Assembly (NCBI GenBank): GCA_035259005.1
Contig: DATFWU010000181.1
Location: 1 to 43,550 of the forward strand
Source: Candidatus Eiseniibacteriota bacterium
Lineage (GTDB): Bacteria; Eisenbacteria; RBG-16-71-46; DASYSL01
Length of the DNA stretch: 43,550 nt
Direction: 5' to 3'
A model generated the notes under the pieces. It had not been told where the DNA came from. It saw nothing but the letters and a program-made list of their open reading frames with translations, and did no database searches. The translations under genes and the position numbers were made by a program. Positions 25,119-36,161 of this stretch are shown here, one piece after another (positions within the stretch are counted from its first letter, which is position 1; each line of letters starts with the position of its first letter).

Positions 25119-27443
25119 ATGCCCCGCGTCCGGTCCACCGGCCGAGCCACGAAACCGGCGTCCCCAGACGGCTCGGTCGGCGTCTCCATTCCCAAGCTCG
25201 AGGCTCACGAGAAGGTCACGGGGGCAGCGCTTTACCTGGACGATCTGCGGGTCCCGGGGATGCTGCACGGCCGCACCGTCCGCTCCACAGTGGCCCGCGG
25301 GCGTATCCGCAAGATCACGCTCGATCCAGCATTCGACTGGACTGGCGTCACCGTCGCCGACCACAAGGACATTCCGGGCGACAACGTCGTGGCGCTGATC
25401 GAGGAAGATCAGCCGCTCCTCGCCGCGCACGAGATCCGCCACGCCGAGGAGCCCATCCTGCTGCTCGCGCACGAGAGCGCCGAGCGGGTGGAGAAGGCGC
25501 TTCGCGCCGTGCGCATCGAGGTCGAGCTACTCGAGCCAGTGCTCACGGTCGAGCAGGCGCTTGCCGCCAAGCAGCTACTCTACAAGGACACGAACATCTT
25601 CAAGGAGATCCGGATCGATCGCGGGGACGCGGCCTCGGCGTTGCGGTCGGCGGGCGTGGCCGGCACGGTCCTGGTCGAGGGCACGTACCGAACGGGGCAT
25701 CAGGAGCAGCTCTACATCGAGAACAACGCGATGCTGGCCGAGCGCACGGAGGACGGCGGCCTCCTCGTGCGCGGCTCGCTGCAGTGCCCGTACTACGTGC
25801 ATAAGGCCCTGATGCGCGCCTTCGGCTTGCCGGCCGAGAAGGTGCGCGTGGCGCAGACGGTCACCGGCGGCGGGTTCGGCGGCAAGGAAGAGTACCCGTC
25901 GATGATCGGCGCCCATGCCGCGCTGCTGGCGTGGAAGAGCGGCAAGCCGGTCAAGATCGTCTACGACCGGCTCGAGGACATCGCTGCCACGACCAAGCGG
26001 CATCCGTCGCAGACGCGCATTCGCTCGCTTGTCGACCGGGACGGGTCGCTGCTCGCGCTCGATATCGACATTCTGATGGACGGGGGCGCCTACGTGACGC
26101 TGTCGCCCGTGGTGCTGTCGCGCGGGGCGATTCACGCCGCCGGGCCGTACCGCTGCGCCAACACGTCGATCCGCGCTCGCGCCGTGGCCACGAGCACCCC
26201 GCCCAACGGTGCCTTCCGGGGCTTCGGCGCGCCCCAGACGCAGTTCGCGATGGAATGTCACATGGATCGCATCGCGCGGCAGTTGAAGCTTGATCCCCTC
26301 GAAGTACGGCGCAAGAACGCGGTGCGGGAGGGCGACGTCACCCCGACCGGCCAGGTGCTGACCGAGAGCGTTGGCGCGCACGAGGTGCTCGAGCGCACCG
26401 TGCGGCGCTCGCACTACGAGGCCAAGCGCAAACGATACGCCCAGGAGAACGTGGCGGCCGCCAGGGCCGAGCGGGCCGGCCGGTTCGATGGGCGGGGCCG
26501 GCGGGTGCGCCGCGGCATCGGGCTGGCGCTCGTGTACCACGGCGCCGGGTTCACCGGCGGGGGCGAAGTGAAACTTGCCTCGCTCGCCGCCATCGACATC
26601 ACGCCGCGCGGGCGGCCGCGCATCCTCTCGGCGTCGACGGAAATCGGCCAGGGGACGCGCACGATCTTCGCGCAGATGGTGGGTGACGCGCTGGGCGTGC
26701 CCGCCGAGTTCGTGGAAGTCGAAACGCCCGACACGGGACTGGTTCCCGATAGCGGGCCCACCGTCGCCTCGCGCACCTGCATGGTCGTGGGCGGCATGCT
26801 GGTGGACGCGGCGCGCGAGATGAGAGCGGAGCTCACCGCGTTCCATGGCGCCGAGTGGAGCGACGCGCCAGGCTTCGAGCGCGCGGCCCGGCGTTACCTC
26901 GCCGAGCACGGCGCGCTGCGCGCCGAGAAGCGCTATCGCCGACTGGCCGAACTCTCGTGGGACGACGACACGTACCGCGGCGACGCCTACGGCGTGTTCT
27001 CGTACGCGGCGTGCACGGTCGAAGTCGAGGTCGACCTCGACACGGGAGAGACCACGCTCTTGAGCGTCACCACGGCGCACGACATCGGCAAGGCGATCCA
27101 TCCCGTGCTGGCCACGGGACAGATCGAAGGCGGCATCGTGCAAGGGCTGGGCTGGGCCCTGCTCGAGGATGTGCGCTGGAAGGACGGGCGTGTGTGGAAC
27201 CACCAGCTCACGAACTACATCATTCCGACCGCCGTGGATGTGCCCACGCTCGACGTCGAGATCGTCGAGATCCCGTACTCGCGTGGTCCCTTTGGCGCCA
27301 AGGGCGTGGGCGAGCTGCCCATGGACGCTCCGGCCCCGGCCGTGGTCTCGGCCATCGCGCATGCCACCGGCATCCAGATCGACGAAGTCCCCGTGCTTCC
27401 CGAAAAGCTCCTGCGCGCTCATAGCCAAGCGAGTGTCGGGTGA
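25119..27443 (+). CDS. Molybdopterin-binding large subunit of a xanthine dehydrogenase/aldehyde oxidoreductase family hydroxylase
   Basis: 774 aa. It has GGGFGGKE, AFRGFGAPQ, TEIGQGTRT and GAKGVGELP. Confidence 0.9.
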   Translation: MPRVRSTGRATKPASPDGSVGVSIPKLEAHEKVTGAALYLDDLRVPGMLHGRTVRSTVARGRIRKITLDPAFDWTGVTVADHKDIPGDNVVALIEEDQPLLAAHEIRHAEEPILLLAHESAERVEKALRAVRIEVELLEPVLTVEQALAAKQLLYKDTNIFKEIRIDRGDAASALRSAGVAGTVLVEGTYRTGHQEQLYIENNAMLAERTEDGGLLVRGSLQCPYYVHKALMRAFGLPAEKVRVAQTVTGGGFGGKEEYPSMIGAHAALLAWKSGKPVKIVYDRLEDIAATTKRHPSQTRIRSLVDRDGSLLALDIDILMDGGAYVTLSPVVLSRGAIHAAGPYRCANTSIRARAVATSTPPNGAFRGFGAPQTQFAMECHMDRIARQLKLDPLEVRRKNAVREGDVTPTGQVLTESVGAHEVLERTVRRSHYEAKRKRYAQENVAAARAERAGRFDGRGRRVRRGIGLALVYHGAGFTGGGEVKLASLAAIDITPRGRPRILSASTEIGQGTRTIFAQMVGDALGVPAEFVEVETPDTGLVPDSGPTVASRTCMVVGGMLVDAAREMRAELTAFHGAEWSDAPGFERAARRYLAEHGALRAEKRYRRLAELSWDDDTYRGDAYGVFSYAACTVEVEVDLDTGETTLLSVTTAHDIGKAIHPVLATGQIEGGIVQGLGWALLEDVRWKDGRVWNHQLTNYIIPTAVDVPTLDVEIVEIPYSRGPFGAKGVGELPMDAPAPAVVSAIAHATGIQIDEVPVLPEKLLRAHSQASVG

Positions 27444-27922
27444 GCGAGGTCACGCTCCGGCTCACGGTGAACGGCAAGACGCATCGGGTACGCGTGCCGC
27501 CCATGAAGCGCCTGCTCGACGTCCTGCGCGACGAGTGCAAGCTCACCGGCACCAAGGAAGGCTGCGGGGAAGGGGAGTGTGGCGCGTGCACCGTGCTGAT
27601 CGACGGGCGTAGCGCCAACTCGTGCCTCGTTCCCGCCGTGCAGGCCGACGGCGCCAAGATCCTCACCGTCGAGGGCTTGAGCAAGGACGGCCGCCTGTCC
27701 GCGTTGCAGCGCCTGTTCGTCGAGGGCGGGGGCGCCCAATGCGGCATCTGCACGCCCGGTATGCTGGTGAGCGCGCACGAGCTGCTGGCGCGCGCCAAGG
27801 GGCGCGTGCCGAGCGAGAACGAAGTGCGCGAGGCGCTGGCCGGAAACCTCTGCCGCTGCACCGGCTATCAAAAGATCGTGGACGCGGTGCGCGCCGCGGC
27901 GCGCGGCGGGAGAGCGTGGTGA
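27440..27922 (+). CDS. [2Fe-2S]-binding small subunit of the molybdenum hydroxylase
   Basis: 160 aa. It has GCGEGECGACTV, CGICTPGM and CRCTGY. The GTGA overlaps the large subunit stop. Confidence 0.9.
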   Translation: MSEVTLRLTVNGKTHRVRVPPMKRLLDVLRDECKLTGTKEGCGEGECGACTVLIDGRSANSCLVPAVQADGAKILTVEGLSKDGRLSALQRLFVEGGGAQCGICTPGMLVSAHELLARAKGRVPSENEVREALAGNLCRCTGYQKIVDAVRAAARGGRAW

Positions 27923-28797
27923 GAGCCGCACTCGGCGAGCTCGCGATCGCCAGGCCCAAGACGTTGGCCGAAGCGCTCGCCGAAGTCGACCCGAAGGCGC
28001 ATAGCACTCCTGCCGTGCCCATCGCGGGGGGCACGGATCTCTACGTCTATCTCAACGCCGGCACGCTCGAAGCCCCGCGCTTCGTCGACCTCTGGGGTCT
28101 GCGCGAGCTGCGTGGCATTCGCGAGAGTGGCGAGGCGCTCCGACTCGGCGCGACCACCACCATGTCGCAGATCCGCGAGCATCCGCTCTTGGCGCGTCGC
28201 TACCCCGCCCTGGTCCAAGCGGCGGCCGAGGTGGGAGGCCGCCAGATCCAGAATCGCGCCACCATCGCCGGCAACATTGCCAACGCGTCGCCCGCCGGCG
28301 ACTCCCTGCCCGCGCTTCTCGCCTACGACGCCATCGTGCAGGCGAAATCGGCGCGCGGCGGACGCACGCTGCCCTTCGAGAGCTTCTACCAGGGCTATCG
28401 CAAGCTTGCGCTCGCGCCCGGCGAGCTGATCGTGGCCGTCGACCTGCCGCCGCCCGCCGCGCGTGCCACGCACTTCTTCCGCAAGGTAGGAACGCGGCGC
28501 GCGCAGAGCATCTCCAAGGTGGTGTTCGCCGGGCTCCTGCGTCTCGATCGCGCCGGGCTCGTCGAGCAGGTGCGTCTCGCCTACGGCAGCATGGCGCCGG
28601 TGCCGCTGCGCGCCCGCGCCGCCGAGGAGGCGCTGCTCGACGAGAAGCTCAACGCCCCCACCGTGGCCCGCGCCCGCGCCGCGCTCGAGCGCGATCTCTC
28701 GCCCATCGACGACATCCGCTCGGATCGCGAGTACCGACGCCAGGTGGCAGGCAATCTGCTGGAGCAATTCCTCCGCCTCGCCGCGAAGCGCAAGTAG
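27919..28797 (+). CDS. FAD-binding medium subunit of the molybdenum hydroxylase
   Basis: From VRAALGELAIARP. It has the FAD motifs PIAGGTDLYV and ATIAGNIANASPAGD, and a CO-dehydrogenase-flavoprotein-like C-terminus (DIRSDREYR). The start could be GTG at 27916 or 27919. The track ORF 27622-28797 is a run-on. Confidence 0.85.
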   Translation: MRAALGELAIARPKTLAEALAEVDPKAHSTPAVPIAGGTDLYVYLNAGTLEAPRFVDLWGLRELRGIRESGEALRLGATTTMSQIREHPLLARRYPALVQAAAEVGGRQIQNRATIAGNIANASPAGDSLPALLAYDAIVQAKSARGGRTLPFESFYQGYRKLALAPGELIVAVDLPPPAARATHFFRKVGTRRAQSISKVVFAGLLRLDRAGLVEQVRLAYGSMAPVPLRARAAEEALLDEKLNAPTVARARAALERDLSPIDDIRSDREYRRQVAGNLLEQFLRLAAKRK

Positions 28798-29095
28798 GCG
28801 AAAACACGAAAACGCACTCACCAATCCCAACGAATTCGCTGCGCTTCACCGGCACGGCGATTGCTGATCCATCTCTCCGACCGAGGCGCGCGAGCGTCCG
28901 TCGACGCGGGAAGACGCTGTCCCAGCGCTCTTTCCGTTTTTGCACGGGGGCTCGTGGTTTTTCGCGCGCGTTGCAGTCTGAGCGGCTCGGGACGGTGCCG
29001 CCATCCCGATCGCAATGCGCTTGGTTGCCCCCGCTCGCGGTGGCCCATGCCTTCGCCTCGTGGCACGCCGCGTCCCCATCGGAGAGGAGTTCGTC

Positions 29096-29593
29096 ATGCC
29101 GTTTCGTGGTCGATGCGGCTCTTTTGCGGCCGCATTGCTGATGGCGATTCTTCTGGGAAGCTGGGCCTCTGTCGCGGACGCCGCTACGGCCATGACGGCC
29201 GAGGGCGAGCCCGGCAAGGGCTTCATGGTCCCTCCGTCCCGTGCCCCCGACGTGGCGACCACGCCGGGACCATTCTCCTTGAGCGCCCCGATGCGTCTCG
29301 ACGTCACGGCCTTCCGTGCTTCGAGCACGACGGGAGCGCCCTCCGACCACAACTGGTGCACGTACCGGATCACCGCGTACTCGAGCACGAAGCGATACGT
29401 GGCGGTGATTCCGGGTGAAGAGATCTGCATGAACAGTCAGGATCTCTTTGGCAGCTCGCCCGACGTCGCCGAGTTCCATTTCCTGGATCGGAACGGCCGG
29501 GAGCTGGCCTCCGCCTACGGCGAGCTGGTCAGCGCGACCTGCGGCCCGTGCGCCGCGCAAGCACCACAACGGTTCACGATGTTCGGTCGTTAG
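29096..29593 (+). CDS. Secreted hypothetical protein (four mature-region Cys)
   Basis: From MPFRGRCGSFAAALLMAILLGSWASVADA (a signal peptide). A GGAGAGGAG SD lies upstream. I recognised no family. Confidence 0.55.
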   Translation: MPFRGRCGSFAAALLMAILLGSWASVADAATAMTAEGEPGKGFMVPPSRAPDVATTPGPFSLSAPMRLDVTAFRASSTTGAPSDHNWCTYRITAYSSTKRYVAVIPGEEICMNSQDLFGSSPDVAEFHFLDRNGRELASAYGELVSATCGPCAAQAPQRFTMFGR

Positions 29594-29714
29594 TCGTCCG
29601 TAAACGTTTCGCTCGGATCGAGCTGCGGCGCGAAGACCTGCCGCGGCTCGATTCCTTTCTCTCTTCTCCCGTCCGGTGTAAGCTCCCGGTCTCCTTCTCG
29701 ACCGGGAGTCCCCC

Positions 29715-31805
29715 ATGAAGCGTGTTCTCTGGGCGCTCGCCGCCGCGCTCTCGCTCGCCGCTCCCTCGGCGCTTTTCGCCGCTACCTTCACGGTCATCAA
29801 CACGAACGACTCCGGAATCGGGTCGCTGCGCTGGGCCATCGACCAGGTGAACCTGACCGCCGGCCCGCACCGCATCGCGTTCAACATTCCGGGTCCCGGC
29901 GTGCAGACGATCCATCTGCTGACCGCGCCGAACTCCATCGCCAACACGGTGGCCATCGACGGGTCGACGCAGCCCGGATACGAGCCCAACCAGGGCCAGC
30001 CCAAGATCGAGGTTGACGGCACCGGCAGCAACAATTCGCTTCTCATCCAGTCCAGCGCGCCGAACTCCAGCGTGAAGGCCATGACCTGGAATCGCTTTCC
30101 TGACGCCGCCCTCAACTTTCGCGCCGATGCCTGCACGCTCTCCGCCTGCTGGTTCGGCATCAACAACACCGGCAACGCGGCCCTGGCCACGGGCTACGGC
30201 GCCTATGTGTTCGGCAAGAACTGCCTCATCGGTGGCCACTCGACCCAGGCGCGCAACGTCTTCTCGGGAATGGGAATTGGAATCATGATCAACTCGCCCG
30301 CGTCGGGCGACACGGTGTGCGGGAACTTCTTCGGCACCGACGCCACCGGCAAGGTCGGAATCCCGAATTCGGTGTTTTGTCTCACGGTCTCGGACGCGCC
30401 CAACGTCGTGATCGGTGGCAAGGGGCCGTTCGACGGCAACGTCATCTCCGCGAGCAGCCAAGCCGGACTGTATTGCTCGAGCAGCACCCCGGTGCCCAAC
30501 GGTCAGGGCATCTCGATCTACGGGAACTACATCGGCACCGACGCCACCGGGCAGAACGCGATCCCCAACAAGCAGGACGGCATCCTGCTCTGGACCGCCT
30601 ACGCGACCATCGGCGACATCGGGGCGGGCAACGTGATCTCCGGCAACCAGGGCTCGGGTATCCACGTCGCGGGTCCCACCGGCTCCGGCAGCTCCCATGA
30701 CAACATCATCTCCAGCAACAAGATTGGCGTGAGCGCCGACGGCACGAAGAAGCTCGGCAACTCCATCTACGGCGTCTTTCTCGACGATTCCAACAACAAT
30801 TTCATCGGCGGCAACACGGCCGACGGCACCGGAAACCTGATCGGCGGCAACGGTAACGAAGGCATCGTCATCGACGGCGTCGACGCCACCAACAACATCA
30901 TCGAGGGCAACGCCATCGGCACCACGTTCAACGGGGCTCTGGACCTGGGGAACAATCAGCAGGGCATCGCCGTGAACGGCGATTACACGATCATCGGCGA
31001 AACCGTGGGAAACGCGGGGAACATCATCGCCTTCAACCAGAACGGCGGGATCAACGTCTTCAGCCTGCAGAACAACATTCGCGGCAATGCGATCTTCAAC
31101 AACCGCTTCGGACTCGGCATCGATTTGTCCTCGGGCGGTGGCAACCCGGTCACGCCCAACGACTCCCTCGACGTCGACAGCGGGCCGAACTATCTGCAGA
31201 ATTTCCCGGTGATCACGGCGGTGAGCCGCGTCGGCACCCAGGTGCGACTGCAGGGACGCTACTCGAGCGAGCCCAGCTCGAACTTCATCCTCGACTTCTT
31301 TTCCAATCGGCAGTGCAACTCGTGGGGCAACGGGGAAGGGGAGTCGTGGCTCGGCTCGACCAACGTGACCACGAACACCGCGGGCCTCGCTCTCTTCGAC
31401 GTCAGCTTCGTGCTCACCAACATCGTGGGCTACGTGTTCACGTGCACCGCTACCGACTTCCTCGGCGACACCTCGGAATTCTCGCCCTGCGCGCCGCTGG
31501 CCACGCAGACGGCCGCGGGTCCGGGACCGCCGGGGTTCGCCTTCGAAGCGCCGTTGCCCTCGCCGGCCCGAAGGAGCACGTCGTTCACGTTCACGCTGGC
31601 AGAGCCCTCGCGCGTCTCGCTGTGCGCCTTCGACGTCTCGGGCCAGGCGGTAGCGGATGTCCTGGAGGGAGATTTCGAGGCCGGCCCACATACCGTGGCC
31701 TGGAACGTCGAGGGCGTGCGCGCCGGCGTCTATTTCTGCCGCCTGGTCGCGGGCGGAAAAGGGGTCAGAGAGATCGCCACTCGCTCGGTGATCGTGATCC
31801 GCTAG
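29715..31805 (+). CDS. Secreted right-handed parallel beta-helix repeat protein with a CSLREA-like N-terminus and a FlgD-Ig/T9SS-type C-terminal domain
   Basis: 696 aa with a signal peptide (ALSLAAPSALFA). GSLRWAI resembles the CSLREA motif. Many G-N-x-I/V-x-G-N coils are present. The C-terminal ~80 aa (FTFTLAEPSRVSLCAFDVSGQ...GVYFCRLVAGG...SVIVIR) resembles the sorting/Ig domain of FCB-group exoproteins. Confidence 0.85.
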   Translation: MKRVLWALAAALSLAAPSALFAATFTVINTNDSGIGSLRWAIDQVNLTAGPHRIAFNIPGPGVQTIHLLTAPNSIANTVAIDGSTQPGYEPNQGQPKIEVDGTGSNNSLLIQSSAPNSSVKAMTWNRFPDAALNFRADACTLSACWFGINNTGNAALATGYGAYVFGKNCLIGGHSTQARNVFSGMGIGIMINSPASGDTVCGNFFGTDATGKVGIPNSVFCLTVSDAPNVVIGGKGPFDGNVISASSQAGLYCSSSTPVPNGQGISIYGNYIGTDATGQNAIPNKQDGILLWTAYATIGDIGAGNVISGNQGSGIHVAGPTGSGSSHDNIISSNKIGVSADGTKKLGNSIYGVFLDDSNNNFIGGNTADGTGNLIGGNGNEGIVIDGVDATNNIIEGNAIGTTFNGALDLGNNQQGIAVNGDYTIIGETVGNAGNIIAFNQNGGINVFSLQNNIRGNAIFNNRFGLGIDLSSGGGNPVTPNDSLDVDSGPNYLQNFPVITAVSRVGTQVRLQGRYSSEPSSNFILDFFSNRQCNSWGNGEGESWLGSTNVTTNTAGLALFDVSFVLTNIVGYVFTCTATDFLGDTSEFSPCAPLATQTAAGPGPPGFAFEAPLPSPARRSTSFTFTLAEPSRVSLCAFDVSGQAVADVLEGDFEAGPHTVAWNVEGVRAGVYFCRLVAGGKGVREIATRSVIVIR

Positions 31806-31819
31806 TTGTCGGCCCCTGT

Positions 31820-31839
31820 GCCCCTTGCCTCGGCGAGGG
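31820..31839 (+). terminator. GC-rich hairpin after the beta-helix gene (no U-tract)
   Basis: CCCCTTGC-CTCG-GCGAGGGG forms an 8-bp stem (one G-U pair) with a tetraloop, 15 nt after the stop. Confidence 0.3.
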
Positions 31840-32009
31840 GGGAGCCGGTAGTGTACCGCCCGTATCCGGGACGACTCGAAACGTCCTTCCCCGATTTCTC
31901 TTACGCTTCCGGAACGGAAAGCCACGTGGCGGCGCCGGACCACCCAATGGACCGGGCGCGACCGATTTTCCGGCCTTGTAATTCGCCTGATCCGCCTGGA
32001 GGAACAAGC

Positions 32010-34466
<2,457 letters not shown>

Positions 34467-34499
34467 CGCGGATCGAACGCGTCTGACGCGGCTTTGGGC

Positions 34500-34525
34500 G
34501 GGCGGCGGCCTACGGGTCGCCGCCC
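34500..34525 (+). terminator. Probable intrinsic-terminator-like hairpin after hppA
   Basis: GGGCGGCG(GCC-TACG-GGT)CGCCGCCC forms a ~11-bp stem followed by GTTCCGTTCG (a weak T-rich tail). Confidence 0.45.
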
Positions 34526-34582
34526 GTTCCGTTCGTGCTAGGATCGGATTCCGCTCCAGGCAACAGCCATGCAGGAGAGGCC

Positions 34583-34804
34583 ATGAAAGCCGAAGAATAC
34601 AAATCGCAGACCGACGAGATCGAAGGCTGGAAGGTGAATGTCGTCACCTATCGGATCGGCGAGAAGTGCTATTGCCAGATCGACAACGTGAGCCCGGGGG
34701 CCCGTATCGCCCGGGCGGAAGGGACGAGCCGGGAGGAGGCCGAGGCCTCGGCGCGTGAAGACGCGGCGCGCCGCCTGGTGCGCCACCGCCGGACGGAGGC
34801 TTGA
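34583..34804 (+). CDS. Small hypothetical protein (73 aa)
   Basis: MKAEEYKSQTDEIEGWKVNVVTYRIGEKCYCQIDNVSPG... An AGGAGAGG SD ends 3 nt before the ATG. The stop overlaps the next start (TTGA). No family recognised. Confidence 0.45.
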   Translation: MKAEEYKSQTDEIEGWKVNVVTYRIGEKCYCQIDNVSPGARIARAEGTSREEAEASAREDAARRLVRHRRTEA

Positions 34805-35343
34805 CCGTGGCCGAGAAAGCGACACCGCCGCTCGCCGGACCGCAATCGCTCCTCGAAGAAGCGCTCGAAGCCTGGCGCTTCGCGCGCGAGGGCGTGCGTG
34901 ACGAGCTCAAGAATATCCCCGCCGACCGCATGGACTTCCGCCCCACGCCCCACAGCCGAACCGTGCGCGAGCTGGTGCAGCACATCCTCGAGGTCTCGAT
35001 GATGATGACCGGCGAGCTGACGCGCCCGGACACCAACATGCAGCGCGCGCCGTGGCCCAAGCTCCTGCGCATGTACGCCATGGAAGCCTACCGCTCGAAG
35101 ACCAAGGCGCAGCTCGTGCGCCTCCTCGACTCGCAGCTCAAGCACGCGGAAAGAAAGTTCCGCGCAGCGGGCGAGCTCGCGATCCTCCAGCTCATGATGC
35201 GCTTCGACGGCAAGCAGGGGAGCAAGCTCGAGTGGCTCCATCACGGCATCGCCCAGGAGGAGTACCACCGCGGCCAGCTCGCTCTGTACGCGCGGCTCAT
35301 GGGCTTGGAGCCTCGGCTCACGCAGGTGATCAAGGGGAATTAG
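34801..35343 (+). CDS. DinB-family (four-helix-bundle, metal-binding) protein
   Basis: 180 aa with His-containing helices (VRELVQHILEV; WLHHGIAQEEYHRGQLALYARLMG) typical of DinB/YfiT-like proteins. The start is TTG at 34801 or GTG at 34807. Confidence 0.75.
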   Translation: MTVAEKATPPLAGPQSLLEEALEAWRFAREGVRDELKNIPADRMDFRPTPHSRTVRELVQHILEVSMMMTGELTRPDTNMQRAPWPKLLRMYAMEAYRSKTKAQLVRLLDSQLKHAERKFRAAGELAILQLMMRFDGKQGSKLEWLHHGIAQEEYHRGQLALYARLMGLEPRLTQVIKGN

Positions 35344-35358
35344 ATCAAGGGGAATTAG
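35329..35358 (+). repeat. Perfect 15-bp tandem duplication ATCAAGGGGAATTAG x2 spanning the DinB-family stop codon
   Basis: Copy 1 (35329-35343) encodes I-K-G-N-stop. Copy 2 (35344-35358) is identical and runs into the GGAGGAGG SD of the next gene. Confidence 0.9.
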
Positions 35359-35368
35359 GAGGAGGACG

Positions 35369-35848
35369 ATGAGTACCTCGAGACCATGGAACGCCGTTCT
35401 TCCGCTCGTGGTTCTGCTCGCGACGGCGGCGCCCTTGTCTGGCGCCCCCGAGCCGAGCGAAGAGGTCCGCCACTTCGTCGAGGGGTTTCTCAACGCCATG
35501 AACCAGCTCGACATGTCGGCGCTGGCCGACATGTGGGCGCCGGGGTCGGCGACGACCCTGGTGCGGGGCGGGACGATCACCTACGGCTATGACGCCATCC
35601 AGGCGCAGGCCAAGCGGTCCCTCCAGGGCCTCGCGTTCCGGGACTCGTTCGAGGTCTCGGCCGAAGACGTGAAAGTGACGATGATCGGCGCCCAGAACGC
35701 GTATGTGGTCACTCCCATGACACTCTTCGTGCCGTCGGCCACGGGTCCGCCGGAGAGACGCGGCGGCACGATCACGCTGGTGGTCGAGAAGCGCGGCCCC
35801 AAATGGCTGATCCTGCACGACCACACGGCGGTAAACTGCAAGCAGTAG
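35369..35848 (+). CDS. Secreted NTF2-like (SnoaL/DUF4440-type) protein
   Basis: 159 aa with a signal peptide (LPLVVLLATAAPLSGA). It has FVEGFLNAMNQLDMSALADMW and a C-terminal beta-sheet segment (ITLVVEKRGPKWLILHDH). Confidence 0.7.
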   Translation: MSTSRPWNAVLPLVVLLATAAPLSGAPEPSEEVRHFVEGFLNAMNQLDMSALADMWAPGSATTLVRGGTITYGYDAIQAQAKRSLQGLAFRDSFEVSAEDVKVTMIGAQNAYVVTPMTLFVPSATGPPERRGGTITLVVEKRGPKWLILHDHTAVNCKQ

Positions 35849-36161
35849 GGCGGCATCCGAGGACCACGGTCAGGAGATTCGAGAAAGCCTCCCGGCTTTG
35901 ATCTTGATGATCACCTTGCCCGCCTCCGCCGCGGCGGTCGCCGCCCCCGCCGAGGTACTCGCCTTCGTCATACGAGTGCCAAGCCGGCTCAACAGAGACC
36001 GGTAAGCGTTCGGTAACGAAAAGATCATTTGCGTTCGTCCGAGGGCTGCGCTAGAACGACTGCATTCGTCAGCGCCGTGCTGTCTCCGCGGGCAGGAACC
36101 AAGGCTCGCCGACGCGGCAACGAGCATCCCGGGTAGGCCGCCGGCCCGGACCTGGAGGGTT

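Noticed and set aside
22387-28797. Possible functional link between the selenoprotein gene and the adjacent xanthine-dehydrogenase-family operon (a selenium-dependent molybdenum hydroxylase)
   Set aside because: The link is tempting, because labile-Se molybdenum hydroxylases exist. However, the two loci are separated by an apparently foreign low-GC island. None of the marker genes I associate with that trait (selD, yqeB, yqeC-like) is in the window. Adjacency alone is insufficient.
28798-29095. ~300-nt non-coding gap after the Mo-hydroxylase operon, and the ~200-nt leader before hppA (31806-32009), as possible riboswitch or ncRNA sites
   Set aside because: I could not recognise any known riboswitch or RNA-family consensus by eye. 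Only generic small hairpins are present. These regions would need an Rfam scan before any call.
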